Shown here one piece after another: positions 42,260 to 53,480 of a stretch of DNA of 64,000 bases. Below the pieces are notes generated by a model, which was given only the letters and a program-made list of their open reading frames with translations, was not told the DNA's origin and searched no databases. Made by a program: the position numbers and the translations under genes. Source of the stretch: Eledone cirrhosa (taxonomy: Eukaryota); NCBI GenBank assembly GCA_964016885.1, contig OZ024745.1, forward strand, positions 26,660,001-26,724,000. The letters run 5' to 3'. Position 1 is the first letter of the stretch. Each line of letters opens with the position of its first letter.

Positions 42260-42438
42260 TGCGTGTGTGCGTGTGGATACCCACGTGTGTTAGTCCCGAG
42301 TCCAATCGGGGGTAATAACAGCAAGTAAGGTACTCAATACATTAATAGCGTTTAAATAACAACTTTAATATAGAAATTGTTTCTACAAGACTAGAACTGT
42401 TTCATTCGAAGGTAATCATCAAGAAAGCCAACTGTCAA

Positions 42439-42622
42439 TGTGGATTGGCAGTATCGGTAGAGAGTTGGACGCCATGCTTTCCAGCATAGTTACGTCCCTT
42501 TACGATCTGAGTTCAAATCCCGCCGAGGTTGACTTTGTCTTTCATCCTTACGGGGTCGATAAAATAAAGTACCAGTAATGCACTGGGTAATTGCTGGCCT
42601 TGTGCCTAAAGTAGAAACAGTT
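42439..42622 (+). mobile_element. tRNA-derived SINE
   Basis: Near-consensus copy. Confidence 0.87.
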
Positions 42623-42895
42623 ATATATATATATATACGGAGAGTCAGATGGAAGACCTACCACCTGGATAAGAACACTCGTAACCTTCCTGAACCCAAA
42701 GAGAGGTATGGCATCAACATGTTTTAACGGTCTATTCTCCGATGTCTTACTTTCCCACGTATATATATATATATACCGAATATATATAAATATATATATT
42801 TGGTGGACAAGGATGCAATTCAATTCAAGCACTCGGCGTCATATTACTTCTTCGAAATAAGGACGATGGCTCTCCATTTCCTACGGAAATACTTC

Positions 42896-42946
<51 letters not shown>

Positions 42947-43045
42947 TGAGTCCAAGGTTTTGTGGCGACAAATCATATGGTCCTGCAACAAGTGTTGCCA
43001 ACTTGAATATTGCGTCCGAGATGCAATCCGGCAAGTGTATGTATG

Positions 43046-43091
<46 letters not shown>

Positions 43092-43095
<4 letters not shown>

Positions 43096-43441
43096 GATAA
43101 ATCTACCAAGAGTTTACGGTAGTGTCCAATCCGTATGAAGAACTCAATGTATTCCGGATATCATGGAAAGAAGAGATGTAATGAAAAATCACTTTCGGTG
43201 AAAGATAAACGGAATACAGAGTCAAGATAAAATATTAAACAAATAATGAATAAAACAATGAAACAGTTCCTTATATTAAACAAAAAAAGTTCATTATTTA
43301 ACGATCGTTTCTAGGATATATATGTGTTAGAATTGGCATGCATATTCAACAGATCTATGTACAAAATTATACAAAATTATACAAACTATCAAGATTAAAT
43401 ATACATACCAAACACACATATATGCCGTCTTCAGAAATAAT
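43092..43441 (-). mobile_element. Family B repeat; includes an intact hammerhead-like fold at 43293-43441
   Basis: Minus strand: attattt-CTGAAGA-cggcatatatgtgt..(~90 nt)..acacatatatatccta-GAAA-CGATCG-TT-aaataat. Confidence 0.8.
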
Positions 43442-43448
43442 CATATAT

Positions 43449-43537
43449 ATAGGAACCAGTAAGACCCCGACAGCTGAGCTCAAGCCGTTTCGACGGAACG
43501 GCTTGAGCTCAGCTGTCGGGGTCTTACTGGTTCCTAT
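43449..43537. repeat. Perfect ~41-bp-arm palindrome
   Basis: ataggaaccagtaagaccccgacagctgagctcaagccgtt-tcgacgg-aacggcttgagctcagctgtcggggtcttactggttcctat. Confidence 0.95.
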
Positions 43538-43613
43538 TACCCACTCTACTACCTCAAGTATTGAGTACTTTGGTGCGTTATGGTCCACCTGGTTCCTTAC
43601 CACATTTCCTTCG

Positions 43614-43672
<59 letters not shown>

Positions 43673-44341
43673 TAAAAAGGAAAAGAAAATGCTGACAAAT
43701 TTTTCCCAGTGAAAAATAGTTTAATTAGGAATAAGTATAAATTAGTAATAAGTATTGGTTAGTAATAAGTATAAATTAGTAATAAGTATTGGTTGCGCAT
43801 TTCTAATGCTTTTCAAAAATAATTTTGAGATAGAGCGCTCGTGATGTTTGCTCTAATCTGATCAGTTTTGGAAATTCTTCCTGTTTTATGTGAAAAAGTG
43901 GCTCCAGAGGTATTAAGATTTGGTTGTCACGTGAATAAGTACTATAAAATTCGCGCCAATTCGTGTTGCAAAAATTCTTGTAGTCAAAACAATTTTGATT
44001 GGTCGGTAGAGGTCACGTGAATGTTAAAAATTGATTTTAGTGCGGACTGGTTTGACGCCAAATGTAGGTTTGTCGAAGAGTGTTCTTTTTCGCTTGATTG
44101 AGTTGCAGTCATGTTGAGAAGTCACTGAAAAACATGTCTATTAAGACAAATATGCGCGTGTGTGTGTAGTAAAGAGGTTCATAGTTGTGATAATGGTCAG
44201 TATGGATGTGTGTGTGAGTTGCAGTCATGTTGAAAGGTCAACAGTTCAGGTGTCTATTAAGACAAATATGTGTGTGTGTGTGTGTATGTGTGTGTCTGTG
44301 TGTGTGTGCGTGTGTGTGTGTGTTTGTATGTTGGTGTACGC

Positions 44342-44444
<103 letters not shown>

Positions 44445-44539
44445 TGTGGACCAGTATTTTTGTGATACTGGTAAAAATGGTGTACATTATTCGATATTTT
44501 CAGTCATTTTCAAAATCGATTCTCTCAAAAGAACATCAA

Positions 44540-45407
44540 AAACATCAATAATAAAAGAGGTGAAATGATGTATAGTATTGTCATAACACCAAGGTGTGTG
44601 TGAGTGTCCAGATTGTACGTACTGCAAGGGGAATCCATTAGGCCCTGCCGTATGGGATACTTGTGTACAAATATTTATGTGCCCATCAATGTGCAATACA
44701 TGTGTGCGTATGTGTATGTGTGTCGGCACGTTTATATCTATAAACATCAAAAGGTATGCAAATTTGTGTATATTTGTGTTGCACCATAGGACATATGTGT
44801 TTACGTATGTCATTGTGTTTATGTGTGGTTCGAAATGTATGTAGGATGTATGGTGATGTAGGTATGTATGTTGACGTGTGTATGTTGTGGGTTCGTCTTA
44901 GGGAGAAGTGTTTAGACGGGGTCTGTATTTGTTAATAAAGTGAGATTCCTTGCTAATGCGCTGGGTGTGGGTGGCATTATCTTTAAATTTGTAGAGGGGA
45001 AAGATTCTAAACTTGGGATGATTTTGGGCGGCACAGGTATCAATGTGTTCACTCAGTGGTATTTTTCTGTATTCCCGTATTTTAATTTGGGATCTATGGA
45101 CAGTCATGCGTTGGCGGAGGCTGTTTTTTAGTCTGGCCTATGTATTGTTCTCGACAACCTGAGCAAGTTAATACATATATTAGATTTTCTGATGCGCATG
45201 TGAAATTGTGTTTTACTATAAAACGTTGTCCTTCTTTGAAATAGAATTCCGAACCACCCTCTATTAGGTTGATGCATATGCCACAGTTGGGTCTATCGCA
45301 TTTTTTTACTGTAGGTTTCGTTGTTGTGGTTGGCAGTACTTTGGCATGTATTAGGATGTTTTTCATTGACTTAAATGGTCTTTTGCTCTTTATGATATCG
45401 TTTGTTC

Positions 45408-45408
<1 letters not shown>
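44540..45408 (-). mobile_element. 3' fragment of the same PLE family as 85-3085 (GIY-YIG end + longer 3' UTR), frameshifted
   Basis: 44770-45408 is highly similar to 90-710, with a +1 insertion near 45125. The left boundary is approximate. Confidence 0.9.
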
Positions 45409-45506
<98 letters not shown>

Positions 45507-45762
45507 GTAATAATAATAATAATAATAAATTTGAAGACTAAAATCCAAAGAGGGCTCGATAAGGATAAATATATATCAAATATATAAGAACCGTAGAGCA
45601 AATATTTATTAAAATAACAGATTAAATTTTAAGCAAAGAATCGCTGCTTTCACCCTTAACGGGATCTTCTGAAACTAAATCAATCAATCTGGGAACGCAG
45701 AAGTAAATATTTCGAAAAACGTTGCAACTATAATTAATATATATATATTACAAATATAATTA

Positions 45763-45877
<115 letters not shown>

Positions 45878-45970
45878 TGTGTGTGTGTGTCACTACACTT
45901 AATATTCAAGTGTAGCGACACTTGCTGGAGGGGCTTATGATTTGTCGCCACAAAACCTTCGATTCACTTA

Positions 45971-46156
45971 TACGTGGGTCAGATGAAAAGTTCATAGGCT
46001 GACCAAAATAATCTCATGTGATGACCAAACGATGTTTATTTTTAAATATAGTCCATGGAAAGAAACAATAAGAGTTGGAATTTATGCACATTAGATTTCA
46101 CAGCTCTAGCATCACTCCTTCATAGTCAGCTTATGAATTTTCAACCCACATTCTTA
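45971..46156. mobile_element. Tc1/mariner-type MITE
   Basis: Imperfect TIRs tacgtgggtcagatgaaaagttcataggctgac / gtcagcttatgaattttcaacccacattctta, with TA at the ends. Confidence 0.65.
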
Positions 46157-46206
46157 TGCTGACATTTCTTGCGCCGTCTTATGATTTGTTGGCACAACAA
46201 CACAGG

Positions 46207-46292
<86 letters not shown>

Positions 46293-46431
46293 CATATATA
46301 TGTGTGTGTGTATGTGTGTGCGGACGCGCGTGTATCTGTGTGAGTAAGTGACAGTTTATGTGTGTCTGAATATCTGTATGTGCATGCATGTGTGTGTACA
46401 TGTGTGTGTATACATTTAGATATATATATTG

Positions 46432-46556
<125 letters not shown>

Positions 46557-47395
46557 CATTTTGCTACATAATGCAGTGAACATTCTTTCATTTTGTTTCC
46601 TTAGACTTTGTGCTCTTCATGTTTTACATATCGTTTTCTTGCTTATTGACACATGCACTTGGATTATATAGTATTTCCTTTCACGGGATCCTATTCAGAT
46701 CAATGCGTGCTGGCTAGTTATATCACGAGGGCAATACCCTACCAAGCTTGATGACTTCACATATCAAATGATTGTAGTATGATCTGCTGACATCTCTTGA
46801 TAAATAAGACATCAGTGTTAATAAGGTTACACAAGGTTAGAAAAATTGGGAGGTTATGTCACACGACTACAGTTGTTTTCACAATTATCTTATTATTATC
46901 GTCTTACTAAATATACATTTTACTATATATAAGTATCTATTTTTTACTGTAACTTTGTCACAATGTGAAGCGTGGTAGGTTTCACGTCGACCAATGTTAA
47001 TTGTTATAAATAAATACAGTGAATTGACAAAAATGTGTGTCAAACTAAACATGTTGTCATACATCACTTCCTTCCTCTAAATTCACATCCTAGCACGACA
47101 TTACTCACAATCTTTTGTTTCGCATCCAATTTCTGTAAAATAAAATGTTAAACTTCAAAAGCTGATAAGTTGATAGAAGGAAAATTAAAATTGATATCAC
47201 GAGGGTACTGGTCGTTATATCGACTAAATTTCACATCTTCGCAAATTCAATAATTTGCCTAGTTAAACAAAATTGTAATTAACCGTTATTTGTTCACGGA
47301 TTCATATCATTCTAAACTATGAACTATGTATTTACTAGATATCGATTTTATAATATATTTACATATGAAATTCATTCCAAATCAGCAAACTAAGA

Positions 47396-47448
<53 letters not shown>

Positions 47449-47635
47449 TGAGTGTGTGTGTGTGTATTATAAAGAGTTGGAACCCATATCACACCTCGAT
47501 CCCCCTACTCTTTATTATATAACCATACTCTACTACACCAAGTATTGAGTACTCTGTTGGGTAACGGTCTAACCAGTTTCAAATTGATTCTATCCTGATT
47601 TGTATATATATATATATACATATAAGAAATAATTG

Positions 47636-47817
47636 TTTCTACTTTAGGCACAAGGCCAGCAATTACCCAGTACATTACTGGTACTTTATTTTATCGACCC
47701 CGTAAGGATGAAAGGCAAAGTCGACCTCGGCGGGATTTGAACTCAGATCGTAAAGGGACGTAACTATGCTGGAAAGCATGGCGTCCGACCCTCTATCGAT
47801 ACTGCCAATCCACCGCC
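47636..47817 (-). mobile_element. tRNA-derived SINE with 17-bp TSD catataagaaataattg
   Basis: TSD at 47619-47635 and 47818-47834. Confidence 0.9.
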
Positions 47818-48169
47818 CATATAAGAAATAATTGAAGATATATATGTATGTATACATAATTTTAAGCCTATATATGCAGAAAGTTATCTATCAATTAAAA
47901 TCTTTGCTCAATGAATGAATTAACTAAATAATTAATCAATTAGTCAGAGCATTATAAAGTCATGAATAGGTAATTCAATTAAGATTAAAAAAATACTTCG
48001 TTGTCCCAACTGCATTTTCGACGGAAAAACTAACCTACTATAATACATCTTCTCAGGCTAGGAGTGTTGGCTCTTCATCTCATATCAGAAAGCTTACCTA
48101 TTGTTTTCTTAAGCTACTGTCACATGATTGAATAAATAACTTCTCAAAACGACTAAAAGAAAAAGCATG

Positions 48170-48352
48170 TAATTGTTTCTACTTTTGGCACAAGGCCAGC
48201 AATTACCCCAGTACATTACTGGTACTTTATTTTATCGACCCCGTAAGGTTGATAGGCAAAGTTAACCTCAGCGGGATTTGAAGTCAGACCGTAAAGGGTC
48301 ACAACTGTATGCTGCAAAGCATGGCGTCCGGCCCTCCACCTACTGCCAATCC
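48170..48352 (-). mobile_element. tRNA-derived SINE
   Basis: Consensus match. Confidence 0.85.
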
Positions 48353-49606
48353 TTGAAAAAGCAAATAATACGAAGAAACATTGAAACACTAATGACAATT
48401 ACTACACTATTGAGAGAGCCTCTGAGTAGTCGTTCGACTTTCTAGAAATAACATTAAAATATAATGAGAGGTTGTCTTTCCATAGATCTACTAAACGTAG
48501 TCGAATTAATCTCATATCATATATTAACATCTGATAATTTGGAGGACACATTCAATATTGTATCATATGTCTGGAAATAAGACAGGTATTGGCTGGAATG
48601 AGCTGATCCTAGGTCGGATGGATGCATTTGAGCTAGGCTAAACATAATCAACATCACTATTATATTGCTCTCTCAGAAATCAATATATTGTTCAATTGTA
48701 TGTAGATAGTCTCGTGTGTCTTATAGAACACAATTCGAAATATCTTTTTCACACTTCATTGATACTATTCCCACTATTGATAATAAATAGATACATATTT
48801 AGAAGTAGAACACGCATGCCTAGTTATAGCAACAACGAAAAAAAAGTACATTTAAAAGTAGAGCACACATAGATTACAACACCATAGATCGTTCAGCTAC
48901 GCATGGAACGTTAATTTCCGCTATGTACGAAATAAAATTGCTAAATCTTATTCATAAACTTCTTGCAAGTCCATTTATTCTAAACATTCAATCCAGCAAC
49001 ATTCCCACATAATTTACCAAGATATTAGTTTCAGTGGAAACATCATCAAGTATTCTTTTCAAAAATTAGCATCCCCTTTCTTTAGCCGAAAGGTCAGTAC
49101 AGATTGTTCATGCATAAACATAACTGCATCTGTATTAGAGTATATATATCATTCAATGATTCCTTTGGCTTTCTCTTGTTTATATCTTTCTTTACACTTT
49201 CGTAATTAGCTTCCTTTTCACCTTCCCCTTTTTTGTGTGTGCGGGTTGTTGTCCTTTTATTCAATCTACTTCATTTCCTTCTGTCTTCATATGCGAGGGT
49301 ATAAGAAGCTGGCTTTTAAGTTTGCTGTCGATTAGAGGTATTTTTTCCCACATTATTGATACAGAAATATGCCTCTATTGACATTGTCTTTGTCATATAT
49401 TAGCTTGCGCCTGAAGTGATTATAATAATTTCTCATCAATACAAGTATGTCAACCATACAACTGCTCAATCATGAAGTATCTGTTAAAAATAAATTGTAT
49501 AAGTCGATGTTTCAAATACAGTATAAATAAGGGTCGAACCTCTGTATTTGTATCGTTATATATGTATATACATATATATATATATATGTGTGAGTGTGTG
49601 TGTGTG

Positions 49607-49792
49607 AGTCCCGGGTTCAAACGGGAGTAACCAGAGTTAGTAAGGCGCTCAATACATTAGTAGAGTGTAGACATCAAGTTTAATATAGAAAAGGCTTCTA
49701 AGGACTAGAAAGGTTTCATTCAAAAGAAATCATCAGGAAAGCGAGGGCTTTCCTGATGATTTCTTTTGAATGAAACAGTCCTAGTCTTGTAG
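49607..49792. repeat. Repeat family E (also 42292-42430 and, inverted, 11760-11815) ending in a fold-back with two opposed CTGATGA..GAAA cores
   Basis: gactagaaaggtttcattcaaaagaaatcatcaggaaagc-gagg-gctttcctgatgatttcttttgaatgaaacagtcctagtc. Confidence 0.7.
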
Positions 49793-49859
49793 TTGCCATT
49801 CTCAAAGTGATTTTTTGCTTAAACTTTAAAGTGTACTTATAATAAATATTTGCTCCACG

Positions 49860-49986
<127 letters not shown>

Positions 49987-50002
49987 CTTTTATCTATAAC
50001 AT

Positions 50003-50069
50003 CTCTGTCTGACGAACGATCCAGACGTATATTATTATCATCTGTGATCCAGAAACCTTTGGTATGGAG
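50003..50069 (+). ncRNA. Hammerhead-like fold
   Basis: ctctgt-CTGACGA-acgatc-cagacg..catctg-tgatcca-GAAA-CC-ttt-GG-TA-tggag. A sibling fragment at 23341 reads CCTTTGG-TA-atggaat. Confidence 0.6.
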
Positions 50070-50149
50070 TAGTTATATTTCTAATTAAATAGCTCTGTTC
50101 TATACATAGACCAATCTTTTTTCCTTTGCTTTTCCTTTGGAATTACCTG

Positions 50150-50220
<71 letters not shown>

Positions 50221-50298
50221 CTGAAGGGATATTAAACTTGTTGGTAATTCAACAAATATAAATGTTTATAACTGATTCAGAGCACTCTACAATTTCTG

Positions 50299-50715
50299 GA
50301 TATTAAATAAATGGAAACTATTTATAAAACCATATTTATTCTATTATATATATTTCAAGGGTACCAATGTTTTGGTACGCTATCATCAGATAAAATACGA
50401 AGTGTGTTTTATAAGTTTTGACATAACCAAGGAGAATATACCTTAACGGTTCCAAGGATAACTTGAACCGTTAAGGTATATTCTCCTTGGTTATGTCAAA
50501 ATTTATAAAACACACTTCGTATTTTATCTGATGATAGCGTACCAACATTTTGGTACCCTTGAAATATATATAATAGAATAAATATGGTTTTATAAATATA
50601 GTTTCCATTTATTTAATATCATTGTATATATATATATATATGTATATATATACAATGATATTAAATAAATGGAAACTATATTTATAAAACCATATTTATT
50701 CTATTATATATATTT
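50299..50715. repeat. ~155-bp-arm palindrome (50299-50620) plus a third, re-inverted partial arm; each main arm carries a hammerhead-like fold
   Basis: Centre near 50458. Plus fold at 50520-50580: tattttat-CTGATGA-tagcgtacca..tggtaccctt-GAAA-TATATA-TA-atagaata. The opposite-strand fold is at 50337-50397. Confidence 0.88.
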
Positions 50716-51160
50716 ATTCTATTATATATATGTATATATATATACATATAAAAAAAAGTATGACCCCGGCGGCAGAGCTGAAGCCGTTTCTACGGCTATT
50801 TCTGGACTAAATTAGAATTTTTTGCCTGGTAAATAAATAGCCTAACTTGTCAAGGGGTACTTCCTTATATGGAAAGATTGTAGTTGTCGAGAGGATTGGT
50901 CAACATTTGTTGTAAACACAAATAAGTCTATCGTGGCATTTGTTGGGAGGTAGGGGTGGCTGAACTTGCCTGTAGAACAATGAGGGAGTGAGTGGAGCCG
51001 GTCAAGCGTTGAAAGTAAAATCTATACAGCAGATTCTAAGGATAGTGTATAAAAAGTCGAAAAATTGTTCTGGAGAAAATAGAGGAGGGAGGTTATAGAA
51101 TAGGTAAGTCAAATGAGAGTAGGATAAAAAATAATAGAAAGAAATATAAAAAAATATATA

Positions 51161-51346
51161 TAACTGTTTCTACTATTGGCACAAGGCCAGAAATTATCCA
51201 GTACATTACTGGTACTTTATTTTATCGACCCCGTAAGGATGAAAGGCAAAGTTAACCTCGGCGGGATTTGAACTCAGAATGGCAAGGGCCGTAACTCTAT
51301 GCGTCAAAGCATGGCGTCCGACCCTCTACCGATACTGCCAATCCAC
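51161..51346 (-). mobile_element. tRNA-derived SINE with TSD aaaatatatataac
   Basis: Consensus match with duplicated flanks. Confidence 0.87.
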
Positions 51347-51537
51347 CAAAAATATATATAACATAATATATAGATAGTGAGAAATGAATAAAAAAAATAA
51401 AAAAACAGTAGAGTCTAGAAACAGCTGTGAAACAGTAGGTGTTGCTTGTATGGCCAAAGCTATAGAAAAGGTTAATAAGTTGAGAATGGAAAATACTAAA
51501 TAAGAAATTGTAGAAGTGGGTAGTGAAAAAATATAAT

Positions 51538-51721
51538 TGTTTCTACTTTAGGCACAAGGCCAGCAATACTCAGTGTATTACTGGTACTTTATTTTATCGA
51601 CTCCGTAAAGATGAAAGGCAAAGTCAACCTCGGCGGGATTTGAACTCAGATCGTAAAGGGACGTAACTATGCTGGAAAGCATGGCGTCCGACCCTCTACC
51701 GATACTGCCAATCCACCGCCC
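51538..51721 (-). mobile_element. tRNA-derived SINE with 20-bp TSD gggtagtgaaaaaatataat
   Basis: TSD at 51518-51537 and 51722-51741. Confidence 0.9.
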
Positions 51722-53092
51722 GGGTAGTGAAAAAATATAATGCAAACTTTTCAGGGGTCTAACACAGCAGCTTGGGCGAATTAAGTTACACGATAACTGA
51801 ATCTAGTGACCATGTAAGTTGTGCATTACCGTTGACAGCATATGAACTCTGAACCTTTCTAATGAGAAGTCCAATATCTTATCCACTCAACCGATTACAG
51901 TTTATCTTTCTCCCTCGCCTAACTTTTCTCTCTGTATATGTATGTCTGTATCTATGTGTGTCTTAGTAGGAGGGGACAGTGTGGTGAAAGAGATGGGATG
52001 TAAATTCGTTTAGTAAAACCGGCGCTTGACTGCAAATATACACAATGGACTAAATCTGAAATGGCTCACCTAGATATTTTAGTTGGAATGGTTTGTCACT
52101 GTAATTAATGTAATTTGTGTAAGTTTGATTGCTTCATTGGCATATAGGGCTATGTTCTACTCAACTAATCTTACACCTCTTTACTCCAAGATAACATCGG
52201 CCTATAGGATAAACGAATATTCTTCATAAAATCCACAAACGGCTACAAAAGAATCTATTGACACAACAGGTGATACTTACTTCGTGCGTGAAGTAAAATA
52301 CAAGTTAAGATCCTTTATCCAGAAGTGTTTTCAGATTTGGGATTATTTCGGATATTATTATATTTATATACTTCATATGCAGCATCTATAGAACGGGACA
52401 TGCTGGAGATGGAAAACTAGCCTAAAACGGTCTCTATTTATATTTCATGATTCTACATATATGTTATGATATGCACGTTTCATTCCGTTAAGTGGTATAT
52501 GTTCACTCCGGCGCTGACGAGTCCACTACGTCAGTACACGGTCAAGATATTTATTGTTGTTCTGTCCAATGTTTTCTTCTTGATTTTCATTAACTATAGT
52601 TCTTAATTTTCAGCATACTTGTACATATACGAATACTTATATCGGGTTTACCCAACATGAGTTGGAGTCGGATCCAACCAGTGTTTCAACAGCATCACGA
52701 TTACCATCCACATACATACAGCAATCTCAGATGACCTTCACATATATTGTCGGTCACCAGTGATTCCAACATATGCCATTCCTAGGTATGTAATGATCAG
52801 GCATTAGCTTAAGATCCAATGTAATATTACCAATTCGGGTTATCATCTAATCCCCTCACCGGTTACACCAGGTGCGATTGCATAAGAATGTGTTCACCCT
52901 TGGCTGGTACAGTGCGAGGTCAAAACAACGTAGGTGACATTTTAGTACTACTTGTTAAATCCGACAACATTGATTTTCTGAGTTTGTCACCAAATCCTGT
53001 GCATACACTGTAAAAATAGAGCGTGTACGGGTGTGTGTGTGTGTGTAACGTGTACGAGTGTGTGAGCGGGTATAATCATTATTTAAGAGGGC

Positions 53093-53480
53093 CGTGGATT
53101 GGTAGTATCGTTAGAGCGTCGGACAATATGCTTCGCGGCATAGAGTTATGGCCCTTTTCGTTCTGAGTTCAAATCACGCCGAGGTTAACTTTGCCTTTCA
53201 TCCTTATGGGATAAAATAAAGCACCAGTAATGCACTGGGGTAATTGCTGGCCTTGTTCCAAAAGTAGAAACAATTATTTAAGAGTATGAGGGCGGTGAAA
53301 TGGCTATATCGGTTGGCGGCGAACACCCTGTTTCGCGGAAGAAAGTTACGGCCCTTTACGTTCTGAATTCAAATCTTGTCGAGGTTAGCTTTACCTTTAA
53401 CCCTGACAGAGTCGATAAAATAAGGTACCAGTCACGCACAAAATTGCTGGCCTTGTGCCGAAATCAGAAACCAATATTTA
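53093..53480 (+). mobile_element. Two SINEs in tandem (53093-53275 with TSD-like attatttaagag; diverged copy ~53290-53480)
   Basis: Consensus matches. Confidence 0.75.

Noticed and set aside
52505-52550. CTGACGA-GTCC hammerhead-like start
   Set aside because: The partner reads ggtc-aaga rather than GGAC-GAAA, and I see no stem I/III.
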